Assembly: GCA_037130925.1 (NCBI GenBank)
Contig: JBAXSC010000001.1
Coordinates: 176,182-240,181, forward strand
Direction of reading: 5' to 3'
From: Candidatus Nomurabacteria bacterium
Lineage (GTDB): Bacteria; Patescibacteriota; Minisyncoccia; Phycocordibacterales; UBA5272
Length of the DNA: 64,000 nucleotides
The notes beneath the pieces were generated by a model, which worked only from the letters and a program-made list of their open reading frames with translations, had not been told where the DNA came from and did not search any database. Of this stretch, positions 10,247-18,163 are shown piece by piece. The translations under genes and the position numbers were made by a program. Each line of letters begins with the position of its first letter. Positions within the stretch are counted from its first letter, which is position 1.

Positions 10247-10894
10247 ATGCAAACGACAGAAATATTTGAAGAACTAAATAAATTACATAAAATTTATGGA
10301 GATAAAAATCTTGATAGTATTTATGGTTGTGGAAAAATAAATAAACCAAAACTTTGTTTAGTTTTTATGAATCCTACTGCCAGAAATGTTGCAGCAAATA
10401 AATCTTGGAAAGGTTTAAAAGCTCCATGGATTGGAACAAAAAATGTCTGGAATATGTTTTTTCAACTTGGTTTAATAAATGAAAAATTAATACAAGAAAT
10501 AAATGATAAAAAACCATCTGATTGGGATTATGATTTTTCAGAAAAAGTGTATAAAGAAATTATAAAAAATAATATTTATATTACTAATTTATCTAAAGCT
10601 ACTCAATTAGATGCGAGACCTTTACCTGATGAAGTATTTCAACAGTATTTAAATATATTTAAAAGAGAAATCGATATTGTAAAACCAAAAGTAATTATCA
10701 CATTTGGTAATCAAGTCAGCTCTGTGCTTTTGGGTATGGATATTAGAGTGTCTGAACACAGAAAAAAGTTTGAAGAATTAGAAATAAATAATAAGAAATA
10801 TAAGGTTTATCCAGTTTATTATCCTGTTGGTCAGGGTATGAGAAATATTAAATTAGCAAAAGAAGATATAAATTTTATTTTAAAAACTATATAA
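10247..10894 (+). CDS. uracil-DNA glycosylase superfamily protein (divergent)
   Basis: YITNLSK, REIDIVKPKVIITFG, VYYP UDG-fold motifs. Confidence 0.75.
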   Translation: MQTTEIFEELNKLHKIYGDKNLDSIYGCGKINKPKLCLVFMNPTARNVAANKSWKGLKAPWIGTKNVWNMFFQLGLINEKLIQEINDKKPSDWDYDFSEKVYKEIIKNNIYITNLSKATQLDARPLPDEVFQQYLNIFKREIDIVKPKVIITFGNQVSSVLLGMDIRVSEHRKKFEELEINNKKYKVYPVYYPVGQGMRNIKLAKEDINFILKTI

Positions 10895-10901
10895 ACTATT
10901 T

Positions 10902-11414
10902 ATGAAAATAATTACAGTAAATGATAAAATGCAAAAAGATTATAGATATGATCTAGTTGAGCCTATTGGAAAAAATTTTCATAAGGAATTCAAACCAGAT
11001 CTGTCTCCAAAAGAAATGCTTGAGCTGGGAGTATTTGGTGGTAGATATATGCGTGATTGTCGAGATGAATTTCCAAAAGAATGGTTTACAAAAGCAAAAC
11101 TTTTACCAGAAGGAAAATCTGGTCATGATAAAAATTTAAATTTTTTCAAAATAAATGCTTCACAGCCACTATCTGTCTGGTTAGAAAAAGGATGGATATA
11201 TAAAGATGACCCTAGAGGATGGTTTCAATGGTATTGTCGATATTATATGGGTCGTCGTATAGAAAGTGAAGATGAAAGACAAATAAAGCGTTGGAAGGCG
11301 ATGAGGAGACATGTTTCTCAATTATTTAATTCATGTCGAGCGGGAGATATTAATTGTAGGCCAAGACAAAGACAAGCTCTTTTACACTGGGCATATGATG
11401 GTAGAAGAATATAA
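10902..11414 (+). CDS. conserved hypothetical protein (DPRGWFQWYCRY motif)
   Basis: PKEMLELGVFGG, DPRGWFQWYCRYYMGRR, RQIKRW, RQALLHWAYD look like conserved motifs. Confidence 0.8.
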   Translation: MKIITVNDKMQKDYRYDLVEPIGKNFHKEFKPDLSPKEMLELGVFGGRYMRDCRDEFPKEWFTKAKLLPEGKSGHDKNLNFFKINASQPLSVWLEKGWIYKDDPRGWFQWYCRYYMGRRIESEDERQIKRWKAMRRHVSQLFNSCRAGDINCRPRQRQALLHWAYDGRRI

Positions 11415-11520
11415 ACTGCATTTTTGTCAACATTATTTTTTTACTTTTTCGTGTATAATGTATATATAATAAAATTATTTTAATCATTTAAAATTTTAAT
11501 TTCCAATTTTGGACCTTTTT

Positions 11521-12156
11521 ATGAACCTGCACGATCATTCTTCTTTATTGTTTGCACATCAGCTTGGATCATTTTGGAGCTATCTTATTATTTTATTTTT
11601 TGCTTTTCTTGATACTGTTTTTATTGTTGGTACCATTTTCCCTGGAAGTATTTTTATTATGGTTGCAGGATTTTTGGCTGCCATTTCCTCTTTAAATATT
11701 TTCTTATGTTTTGCTGTTGTTATGATTGGAGGAGTGACTGGAGATGTTTTGACTTATTATATTGGTACTCATGGTACAAACTGGTTCCATAGCGAAAGTA
11801 AATGGCTCAAGTTTGCTTATTTGAAAAAGGGTCAAGAATTTTTTGATAAACATGGTGATAAAAGTATTTTACTTGGAAGGTTTATGGGGGTTATAAAAGC
11901 TATAGTTCCTTTTATTGCAGGACTTATTAGAATGGATTTTAAAAAATTTTTATATTTAAATATAATTTCTGGATTTATTTGGGCGGTATTTTATTTGGGA
12001 CTCGGATATTTCCTAGGGTCTTCTTTTCATAGTTTATTTATTCCAAAAGAAATTAAAGTTTTAATAATAGTGGCTCCATTTTTACTATTTTTTATTTGGG
12101 TATTATACGAATACAGAAATAAGATTTATAAAGGATTTAAAAATATTTTTAAATAA
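11521..12156 (+). CDS. DedA family membrane protein
   Basis: FPGS, GDVLTYYIG, FFDKHG, ILLGRF, PFIAG motifs. Confidence 0.9.
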   Translation: MNLHDHSSLLFAHQLGSFWSYLIILFFAFLDTVFIVGTIFPGSIFIMVAGFLAAISSLNIFLCFAVVMIGGVTGDVLTYYIGTHGTNWFHSESKWLKFAYLKKGQEFFDKHGDKSILLGRFMGVIKAIVPFIAGLIRMDFKKFLYLNIISGFIWAVFYLGLGYFLGSSFHSLFIPKEIKVLIIVAPFLLFFIWVLYEYRNKIYKGFKNIFK

Positions 12157-12168
12157 TCTTTTAATCTA

Positions 12169-13110
12169 TTAGTTTTTAACTATTACTGTAGTACCTACTT
12201 CTGTCCAAGAGTAGAGCTTTTCTGCCTCTTCTGGGCTCAAATTTACGCATCCATGAGACCATTGTGAGCCAAAGCTATTATGCCAATAGGCTCCGTGTAT
12301 TGCCGCACCGCTACCTGTAAAATACATTGTCCAAGGTACGCCAGGTAGATCATAATATTGATCTGACACATCAGGGAGAGGGCCTTGCATATATCTGCTT
12401 GGAGTTTTACTGAAAATATGAAATGTGCCGACAGGTGTTGGTAGATCATCTAATCCAGAAGAGATGAGTGTTTCCACAAATAATTTGTCTCCTTCATAAG
12501 CGTATAATTTTTGCTCAGTTAGATTTACAATAATTTTTTTATTAGTTACTATTTTATTTGCGTCGCTGATAGAGGATTTTTCTTTCAAGCTATTTATTAA
12601 TTCTAAATAATCTGATGATATATACCAATCTTTCGCGGTTCTTTCTGGATATCTGACCCACTCACTAAAAACAATGTGATACCAAGATATCCCGTCGGCC
12701 TGTGTTACTTCTCCGTCTGTCTCGAGTACCATTTCGTCACGAAGACTTGCGATAGTAGGGCAATTTAATCCTGGACAAGCTCTTGCTCTTACACAATCTC
12801 CATCAAAATGTATAGAACAACTATTTATTATTTTTACATATTGGTTATTAGTAGTTGTTACACCATTTGTATCTGTTGTCGAAGATGATGTCTGTGTCAA
12901 AGAAATAGGTGAGATATTTGTAGAAATTAATTTATCTAAATATTTATAATCAGAATAAATATTATCAGAAGTATTTTGAATATTTTGTTTTAAAGTTTTT
13001 TCTTTATTTAGGCTTAAAAAATATCCAATCAATATAAAAAGTAAAATTATTAGTAATGTTGTATTTAAAAAATGATAATTTACTTTTATTTGTTTATTCT
13101 TTATATTCAT
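12169..13110 (-). CDS. L,D-transpeptidase (YkuD family) with N-terminal TM and SH3-like domain
   Basis: IVNLTEQKLYAYE, TPVGTF, AIHGAYWH, SHGCVNL. Confidence 0.92.
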   Translation of the reverse strand: MNIKNKQIKVNYHFLNTTLLIILLFILIGYFLSLNKEKTLKQNIQNTSDNIYSDYKYLDKLISTNISPISLTQTSSSTTDTNGVTTTNNQYVKIINSCSIHFDGDCVRARACPGLNCPTIASLRDEMVLETDGEVTQADGISWYHIVFSEWVRYPERTAKDWYISSDYLELINSLKEKSSISDANKIVTNKKIIVNLTEQKLYAYEGDKLFVETLISSGLDDLPTPVGTFHIFSKTPSRYMQGPLPDVSDQYYDLPGVPWTMYFTGSGAAIHGAYWHNSFGSQWSHGCVNLSPEEAEKLYSWTEVGTTVIVKN

Positions 13111-13159
13111 GCATTTATTGTAGCATTTAAAAGTGTTAAGTCTCTTAAATCCTTATTTA

Positions 13160-13321
13160 TTGACTTTATTTAGATAATATATTATTATCTAAATAGGGGT
13201 TCTTTGTAGATTTTTTGATTAAATTAATAGCTTTTTGGTGGATTATTTTTACTTTTCTGAATACAGGAAAATAGAAATAATTCACTAAATATTTTATTAA
13301 CTATTAAATTTAAATTAAAAA
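13160..13321 (+). promoter_or_regulatory. promoter + boxA-like GTTCTTTG + long hairpin leader (copy A)
   Basis: TTGACT...TATTAT; GGTGGATTATTTTT/AGAAATAATTCACT stem; homologous to 13927-14081. Confidence 0.75.
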
Positions 13322-13861
13322 ATGAACAAACAGGAAAAAGTGTCAATTTCAAAAAAAGAGATTAGAAAAAAGAAATTCGATTTAGGTATCTCATTGGTAG
13401 GCTTTATTGCTATTTTTATAATTACTTACTTTCTTTTTGAGTGGTATTTTAAATTTAAATTTCAAGAATTTTGGAGTTTAAGTTTAAAAGAAACGGTTAT
13501 TAAAGATAAAAAGTTTTTAATACCTATTATATTTTCTTATATTTTAATTTGTATAAATTTGTATTCTGTATTGGATATAATTGATAAGATTAAAGATTTA
13601 AGAAAAAAGGAAAAATATAAAATAGTCGTAGAGAATTATTCTGTATTAGATCGTATCTTATTATCCTTTGCTTTAAATCTGGTAGTCACGTTTGCAATAT
13701 CATTAGCGGGCATTGTTGTCGGAACAGTAAATGGTCTTCGTAATGGTTTTGTTTTTGTGGGACCTCTAACTTTCTTTTTCAATTGGGGTTTATTTATAGG
13801 ATTATACGCAGGTTTGGTGTATGGTGTGTATAAGTTATTTGGTAAACCTAAACAAAAATAA
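13322..13861 (+). CDS. multi-pass membrane protein (paralog A)
   Basis: YFKFKFQEFW motif and Gly-rich C-terminal helices shared with 14082..14561. Confidence 0.8.
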   Translation: MNKQEKVSISKKEIRKKKFDLGISLVGFIAIFIITYFLFEWYFKFKFQEFWSLSLKETVIKDKKFLIPIIFSYILICINLYSVLDIIDKIKDLRKKEKYKIVVENYSVLDRILLSFALNLVVTFAISLAGIVVGTVNGLRNGFVFVGPLTFFFNWGLFIGLYAGLVYGVYKLFGKPKQK

Positions 13862-13885
13862 TTGAAAATATTTTTTAAAATTAAA

Positions 13886-13916
13886 AAACCGGTCTTTATG
13901 ACCGGTTTCTTGTTTT
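13886..13916 (+). terminator. terminator of cassette A
   Basis: AAACCGGTC-TTTAT-GACCGGTTT. Confidence 0.85.
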
Positions 13917-13926
13917 ATTACTTTTA

Positions 13927-14081
13927 TTGACTTAATATTTTGAATATATTATTATCTAGCTTGAATGGTTCTTTGTAAGTCTTTTGATTAAATCAATAGT
14001 TTTTTGGTGGATTATTTTTGTTTTGCTAAATATAGAAAAATAGAAATAATTCACTAATTATTAACTATTAATTTAAACAAA
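13927..14081 (+). promoter_or_regulatory. promoter + boxA-like + long hairpin leader (copy B)
   Basis: Same stem as copy A with compensatory CTG/CAG to CTA/TAG change. Confidence 0.75.
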
Positions 14082-14561
14082 ATGGAAAAGGAACAAAAAA
14101 ATGAAACTAGTTTATTTACGGAAATGCTGATATTAATTGATCTAATTTTATTAAATTGTGTGGCAATTAGTTATTATTTTATTTTTAAATTACAAGAGTT
14201 TTGGGATTTAAAATTAAGATATACAACGATTCGAGACAGTTGGTTTTTTTTAAATTTTATTATTTTTTATTTTTTAATTAATATTACTTTTTATTTTATA
14301 ATAAAGGTATATGGATTAATAAAATTTAAATTAAACAAAGAAGAATATGAAGATTTTATTGATTCAGCAAAGCTAACACTTTTTATGGTAAGTGCTTTGA
14401 GTTTTATTATGGGTATGATTATAGGTATTATTTTAGGAATAATGCTTAGCTTTTTTTACAGTTTCTCTATAATATTTTTTATATTATGGGGAATGGTAAT
14501 AGGCTTGATAATCGGATCTGTGGCAGGTCTGATATTGTCTTTTAAAGAGAATAATATTTGA
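14082..14561 (+). CDS. multi-pass membrane protein (paralog B)
   Basis: YFIFKLQEFW motif; Gly-rich TM helices. Confidence 0.8.
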   Translation: MEKEQKNETSLFTEMLILIDLILLNCVAISYYFIFKLQEFWDLKLRYTTIRDSWFFLNFIIFYFLINITFYFIIKVYGLIKFKLNKEEYEDFIDSAKLTLFMVSALSFIMGMIIGIILGIMLSFFYSFSIIFFILWGMVIGLIIGSVAGLILSFKENNI

Positions 14562-14572
14562 TTTTATTTTTA

Positions 14573-14606
14573 AAAACCGGTCTTCGTGACCGGTTTTGTT
14601 TTTTTA
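14573..14606. terminator. terminator of cassette B (bidirectional)
   Basis: AAAACCGGTC-TTCGT-GACCGGTTTT; same stem as 13886. Confidence 0.85.
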
Positions 14607-14610
14607 TATT

Positions 14611-15267
14611 TTAATTATATTCTAAATATTCTCCCTCTGAAATAATCTCTACTTCTCCATCAATTATTTTTAATGCTGAATTATCATCGAGTGCGTATAC
14701 TTTCTTTTGAATAGTATCTGCTATATTTTTAATATTTTCTTCTCTTGCTAGAGAAAAGTAAGAATTATTTAAATGTGGTAGAAAATAAAAATCAGTATAA
14801 TTTAATGCTGGAATGTCGCTATCTTTTTCAAGATCTTCATTATATATAAGTTTAGATATTTCAATATTTAAATTTGGATTTGTTATCATGCTTCCAGCAG
14901 AAACTCCAACATAAACTTTTATTTTTAATAATTCAGGAAGAAGATCGGCGAGTCCAGATTTATTTACCCATTCCATTAAATAATAAGTATTTCCTCCTTC
15001 AAAAAATATCACATCAGCTTCTTCGATTTGTGGTCTCCAAATGTTTTCTGGTACAGCAGAAATGTCAGTAATACTAATAGATTTGAGATTTAATTTATAT
15101 AAATTATTTAAATCATTTATAAGCCAGCTTTTATCTCCTGTTTCAATATTTGACGCTGTAGGGATAAATACAAGGGAAGTATCTTCTGGATTTTTTCCAG
15201 CTAATTCAAATAATGCTTTTGCTATTGATTGATTTGTTATTCCACTGGAAGTTAGTAGTAATTTCAT
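14611..15267 (-). CDS. peptidase E / S51 family (type 1 GATase-like)
   Basis: LLLTSSG, FIPTAS, FEGGNT, GVSAGS, PHL motifs. Confidence 0.9.
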   Translation of the reverse strand: MKLLLTSSGITNQSIAKALFELAGKNPEDTSLVFIPTASNIETGDKSWLINDLNNLYKLNLKSISITDISAVPENIWRPQIEEADVIFFEGGNTYYLMEWVNKSGLADLLPELLKIKVYVGVSAGSMITNPNLNIEISKLIYNEDLEKDSDIPALNYTDFYFLPHLNNSYFSLAREENIKNIADTIQKKVYALDDNSALKIIDGEVEIISEGEYLEYN

Positions 15268-15348
15268 AAATATTTATTAAATAATATTTTTAGATTATAT
15301 CATTTTAAAAATATTAACAAACCAGTTTTTTTATGTCGGTTTTGTTTT

Positions 15349-15807
15349 TTATTCAAAATGAAATTTATATGATAATTCATTATATTCTTCAGTATTGTAT
15401 AATTTAATACCAGTATCATGCCATAAAGCAAAATATTTAACTCCATTATCAAGTGCAAGTCTACTACATACAGTACAATATGGCTCACAAGACTTTAAAA
15501 TATTATTTTCATTATCAACTCTTGTAAAGTATAAAGTACTACCTGATATATCTTTTTTATTTTTAATTGCATCTATAATAGCTCTCCATTCTGCATGTAG
15601 ACAGCATGTTCTATCTGATTTTGGTTTAGGGGAATTAATTAAATTTAAATGACATTTACGATTAGATATATCATTATTAGCTGGACCATTAAATCCTGTT
15701 CCGATTATTTCATTATTTAAAACAATAACAGATCCACATTTATCTTTTAGACATAGAGCTTTCTCTGCTTCTTTTGCAGCTTCATAAAAATATTTTTCTT
15801 CGTTCAT
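15349..15807 (-). CDS. cytidine/dCMP deaminase-family Zn protein
   Basis: GTGFNG, LHAEWRAI, PYCTVC motifs. Confidence 0.85.
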   Translation of the reverse strand: MNEEKYFYEAAKEAEKALCLKDKCGSVIVLNNEIIGTGFNGPANNDISNRKCHLNLINSPKPKSDRTCCLHAEWRAIIDAIKNKKDISGSTLYFTRVDNENNILKSCEPYCTVCSRLALDNGVKYFALWHDTGIKLYNTEEYNELSYKFHFE

Positions 15808-15847
15808 ATATAGGATTATATCAAAAAAATACTCTTGAAAAATTATT

Positions 15848-15921
15848 TGGCTGCCAGACCTGGGATCGAACCAAGATTCACAGCTTCAAAGGCTGCTGTC
15901 CTACCATTAGACGATCTGGCA
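15848..15921 (-). tRNA. tRNA-Gln(TTG)
   Basis: Reverse complement TGCCAGATCGTCTAATGGTAGGAC-AGCAGC-CTTTGAA-GCTGT...GGTTCGATCC...TCTGGCAGCCA; CCA encoded. Confidence 0.95.
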
Positions 15922-15989
15922 ATATTTTTGTTTAAATAGTATATCAAAAAATCATTAAAAAATAAAGTCTATTAAAATCTAGTTTAAAT

Positions 15990-16760
15990 TTAAAATTCTC
16001 CCTTTAGATATCTCTTTCTCTCTTCTTCATGCATTTTTTCAATAGAGTATCTGAGTGTTGTTCTTGGTATATTTTTATAGTTCTTTTTTATAAAGTCTCT
16101 AATGACATCTTGATCTATTCTTTTAAAAATCTCTCTCATCATCCAGCCGTTGGCTTTTTGAATAAGATCATGCTCGTGAGTCAGGAGTTTCTTTACTAAT
16201 TCGATTGTGTATTTATAATTATTTTCTTTAACTATAAAATAAAAAGTTGATATCACAGCGACTCTATTTTCCCAAATATTTTCACTTTCAGATAATTTTA
16301 AAAGAATATCTTTTATTTCATTTTTATTTTTTAATCCTGATAAATATCCACCGACTATTTTTGGTGCGGAGGTGTCTACCAGATCCCAATTATTGATTTT
16401 CTTTTTAATATTTTTTAAATAAAGATCAAAGATTTCTTTTCGAATTTCTTGCTGCGTTTCTACCTCTTTATTAAAATTGGGTGATTCTGTTTTTTCAAAT
16501 TTATTATTTAAAATTATCAAAGCTAAAAGTCTTTCATCATGAAATTCAGAATGAAGTAATTCTTCTGTTTCTTTTAAGGTGATATCACTATACGCTCTAG
16601 CGAGCTTTCTTGTTTGAGGGACGGTGAGACCTAGAAATTTGTCTCCTTCACCATATTCTCCTTTTCCTGTTTTAAAAAACCATAAAGCTGTCTCAGCTCT
16701 TTCCATGCTAGCTATTTTTAAAATGTGATTGTGTATGTTTTTAATAGCATCTTTATTCAT
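15990..16760 (-). CDS. AlkD-like DNA alkylation repair protein
   Basis: FFKTGKGEYGEGDKFLG, NNWDLVD, HDLIQKANGWM, PRTTLRYSIE. Confidence 0.9.
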   Translation of the reverse strand: MNKDAIKNIHNHILKIASMERAETALWFFKTGKGEYGEGDKFLGLTVPQTRKLARAYSDITLKETEELLHSEFHDERLLALIILNNKFEKTESPNFNKEVETQQEIRKEIFDLYLKNIKKKINNWDLVDTSAPKIVGGYLSGLKNKNEIKDILLKLSESENIWENRVAVISTFYFIVKENNYKYTIELVKKLLTHEHDLIQKANGWMMREIFKRIDQDVIRDFIKKNYKNIPRTTLRYSIEKMHEEERKRYLKGEF

Positions 16761-17274
16761 GAATTTTTAATTCTTTAATTTCTTTTTTTAAAATTCCTTT
16801 TGAAAATATTTTTAATTCTAAAGATAATTTAAAAATAAAAATAGCTATTAATATTGAGGCTAATATATCGTAAATGTCATGGACTTTTAAATAAAGTCTG
16901 GCAGAGATAATTAATATTAGCCAGATAATCCCAAATATCTTTACAAAATCTTTCCAAGATTTATTTTTAATAAATCTAGATAAATAAAATAATAAAAATA
17001 ATGTGATAGCTGCTGCAGCTGTATGACCAGAAGGGAATGCGTAGCTACTCTCATGTACAAGAGCGAAAGGATTGCGAGGTTTATGAATTAAATATTTTAA
17101 AACCACAACTAGAGACATTGTGGCTATATAATTAAAAAATATAAATCCAGCCAAAATTTCTTCTTTGTGCCAAAAGAAAATTATTATAGAAATTATAGTA
17201 GTAGCGGCTACCATCATAGTCTCACCACCGATATTTGAGATGATAATAAAAAAATTAAATAGTAAACTTTGCAT
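16753..17274 (-). CDS. PAP2-family phosphatase
   Basis: K...PR, YAFPSGH, ARLYLKVH...D motifs. Confidence 0.9.
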   Translation of the reverse strand: MQSLLFNFFIIISNIGGETMMVAATTIISIIIFFWHKEEILAGFIFFNYIATMSLVVVLKYLIHKPRNPFALVHESSYAFPSGHTAAAAITLFLLFYLSRFIKNKSWKDFVKIFGIIWLILIISARLYLKVHDIYDILASILIAIFIFKLSLELKIFSKGILKKEIKELKIHE

Positions 17275-17331
17275 ATAAAACTAGCTTGGTGCTATAATTA
17301 TATCATTATCAGTCTATTTAATCACAAAATT

Positions 17332-18144
17332 ATGCTTCAAAAAATAAAAAATTATTTTAAAAATGATTTTTCAGGTCTCGCATCATCTCCATCTTTCGTA
17401 TTTGGAGTTTTACTTTTATTAGGTTTTATAATTTTTTCTATATCTTTCAGGTCTGGATTAAATAATATTTCTGTCCTCACAAATGCACAAGGCATAACAG
17501 TTTCTGGTACAGCAGAGAAATTTGTGACAAGTGATAGAGGAACTATTTCTGTAAATTTAAAAACAGATTCTTTAAATAATTCAGGGTCAGTAGCTATTAA
17601 AACATTATCTGATGCTAGAGATTCTTTAATTAAATATTTGGTAAGTTATGGAATCGATGTAAAAGATATTGATGTATTAGCATTTAACACTTTAGATCAA
17701 TGTACTAATCGTGATAAGAATAGTTGGGATACTTGTCTAGGTAAAAAATATTCTGAATTTAATCAGACTATTAATATCTCTTCAAATGATGTAAACAAGA
17801 TTAAAGATCTTTCTTTAAATGTGAATAGCTATATTGATAATAACCTTTCTCAATATTTTGGAGATGTAAATATTACTGTACAAAATACACAGTATTTTTA
17901 TACAAAATTAACAGATGTAAAAACAGAAATGCTTAATGAGTCTACAAAGAATGCTTTTGAAAGAGCAGAGGCAATAGCGAATTCGACAGGGAATCATGCT
18001 GGAGCAGTCATTACTGCTTCTCAAGGAGTATTTCAAATTACTTCTAAAGATAGTGTGGATACTAGTGATTATGGATCATATGACACAAGTACAATAGACA
18101 AGAAAATTACAGCAGTAGTCAGAGTTTCTTTTAAAGTTAAATAA
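17332..18144 (+). CDS. SIMPL (DUF541) domain protein
   Basis: ITVSGTAEKFVTSD, AFERAEAIA, ASQGVFQIT; ATG 17332 preferred. Confidence 0.85.
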   Translation: MLQKIKNYFKNDFSGLASSPSFVFGVLLLLGFIIFSISFRSGLNNISVLTNAQGITVSGTAEKFVTSDRGTISVNLKTDSLNNSGSVAIKTLSDARDSLIKYLVSYGIDVKDIDVLAFNTLDQCTNRDKNSWDTCLGKKYSEFNQTINISSNDVNKIKDLSLNVNSYIDNNLSQYFGDVNITVQNTQYFYTKLTDVKTEMLNESTKNAFERAEAIANSTGNHAGAVITASQGVFQITSKDSVDTSDYGSYDTSTIDKKITAVVRVSFKVK

Positions 18145-18163
18145 TTAAAATAAAATAATTTTT

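Noticed and set aside
13220-14070. Leader hairpins and GTTAAAT motifs as integron attC sites
   Set aside because: No RYYYAAC...GTTRRRY pairing, the hairpins lie 5' of the ORFs behind promoters, and no integrase is in the window.
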